From Escherichia phage vB_Eco_BCPEco_001: DNA of 64,000 nucleotides. Under the pieces are notes generated by a model, which saw only the letters and a program-made list of their open reading frames with translations, ran no database searches and was not told the origin of the DNA. Shown here piece by piece: positions 63,636-64,000 of this stretch (its first letter is position 1; every line of letters begins with the position of its first letter). The stretch lies in sequence record PV295200.1. One strand, given 5' to 3'. The position numbers were made by a program, and so were the translations under genes.

Positions 63636-64000
63636 ATGAAACTGTCTAAAGATACTACTGCTCTGCTTAAAAATTTCGCTACTATTAACTCTGGTATTAT
63701 GCTTAAATCCGGTCAATTTATTATGACTCGCGCAGTTAATGGTACAACTTATGCGGAAGCAAATATTTCTGACGTTATTGACTTTGATGTAGCAATTTAC
63801 GATTTGAACGGTTTTCTCGGTATTCTGTCTCTAGTTAATGATGATGCAGAAATTTCCCAGTCAGAAGATGGAAATATTAAAATTGCTGATGCCCGCTCAA
63901 CAATTTTTTGGCCAGCAGCCGATCCGAGTACAGTAGTTGCTCCTAATAAACCAATTCCATTCCCGGTAGCATCTGTTGTTACTGAAATTAAAGCTGAAGA
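63636..64000 (+). CDS. 45: sliding clamp gp45 (N-terminal part; continues beyond window end)
   Basis: MKLSKDTTALLKNFATINSGIMLKSGQFIMTRAVNGTTYAEANISDVIDFDVAIYDLNGFLGILSL... matches T4 gp45 as recalled. Confidence 0.9.
   Translation, partial: MKLSKDTTALLKNFATINSGIMLKSGQFIMTRAVNGTTYAEANISDVIDFDVAIYDLNGFLGILSLVNDDAEISQSEDGNIKIADARSTIFWPAADPSTVVAPNKPIPFPVASVVTEIKAE

Overview
This window is a 64-kb segment of a T4-like (T-even type) myovirus genome, reversed relative to the conventional T4 map; it is a close relative of T4 but not T4 itself (lysozyme and denV differ slightly from the T4 sequences as I recall them). Positions 1-19,000 carry the late structural module on the minus strand (15 partial, 14, 13, wac/fibritin with foldon, 12, 11, 10, 9, 8, 7, 6, PAAR 5.4, 5 with lysozyme domain, 53), interrupted by one HNH and one GIY-YIG homing endonuclease gene. 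From 19,026 onward all genes are on the plus strand: 4, 2, 3, 1, 57A, 57B (Acb1-type 2H phosphoesterase), internal-protein-like genes, eight tRNA genes split by segB, nudE, e, denV, regB, tk, rI, nrdC, pin, 49, nrdD-nrdG-nrdH, 55, alpha-glucosyltransferase, 47, 46, rpbA and the start of 45. These are separated by about 50 small early ORFs of unknown function, many T4-type early promoters (GTTTAC, 18-nt spacer, TG-extended -10) and UUCG-tetraloop terminators. There is no CRISPR array, integrase or transposase. The most interesting material is in the hyperplastic early regions: a four-gene tandem paralog array at 44.1-48.1 kb, a paralogous two-TM membrane protein array at 27.3-29.1 kb, arrays of small paralogs at 37-39.4 kb, a Pol-beta nucleotidyltransferase next to a P-loop ATPase at 39.8-41.9 kb, a macro-domain protein, and a GrcA-like gene with host-like codon usage. 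Repeated promoter cassettes and six homing endonuclease genes show duplicated neighbour start regions. All calls rest on reading the sequence and the ORF track and on recalled T4 gene order; no database search was run, and coordinates read by eye may be off by 1-2 nt.
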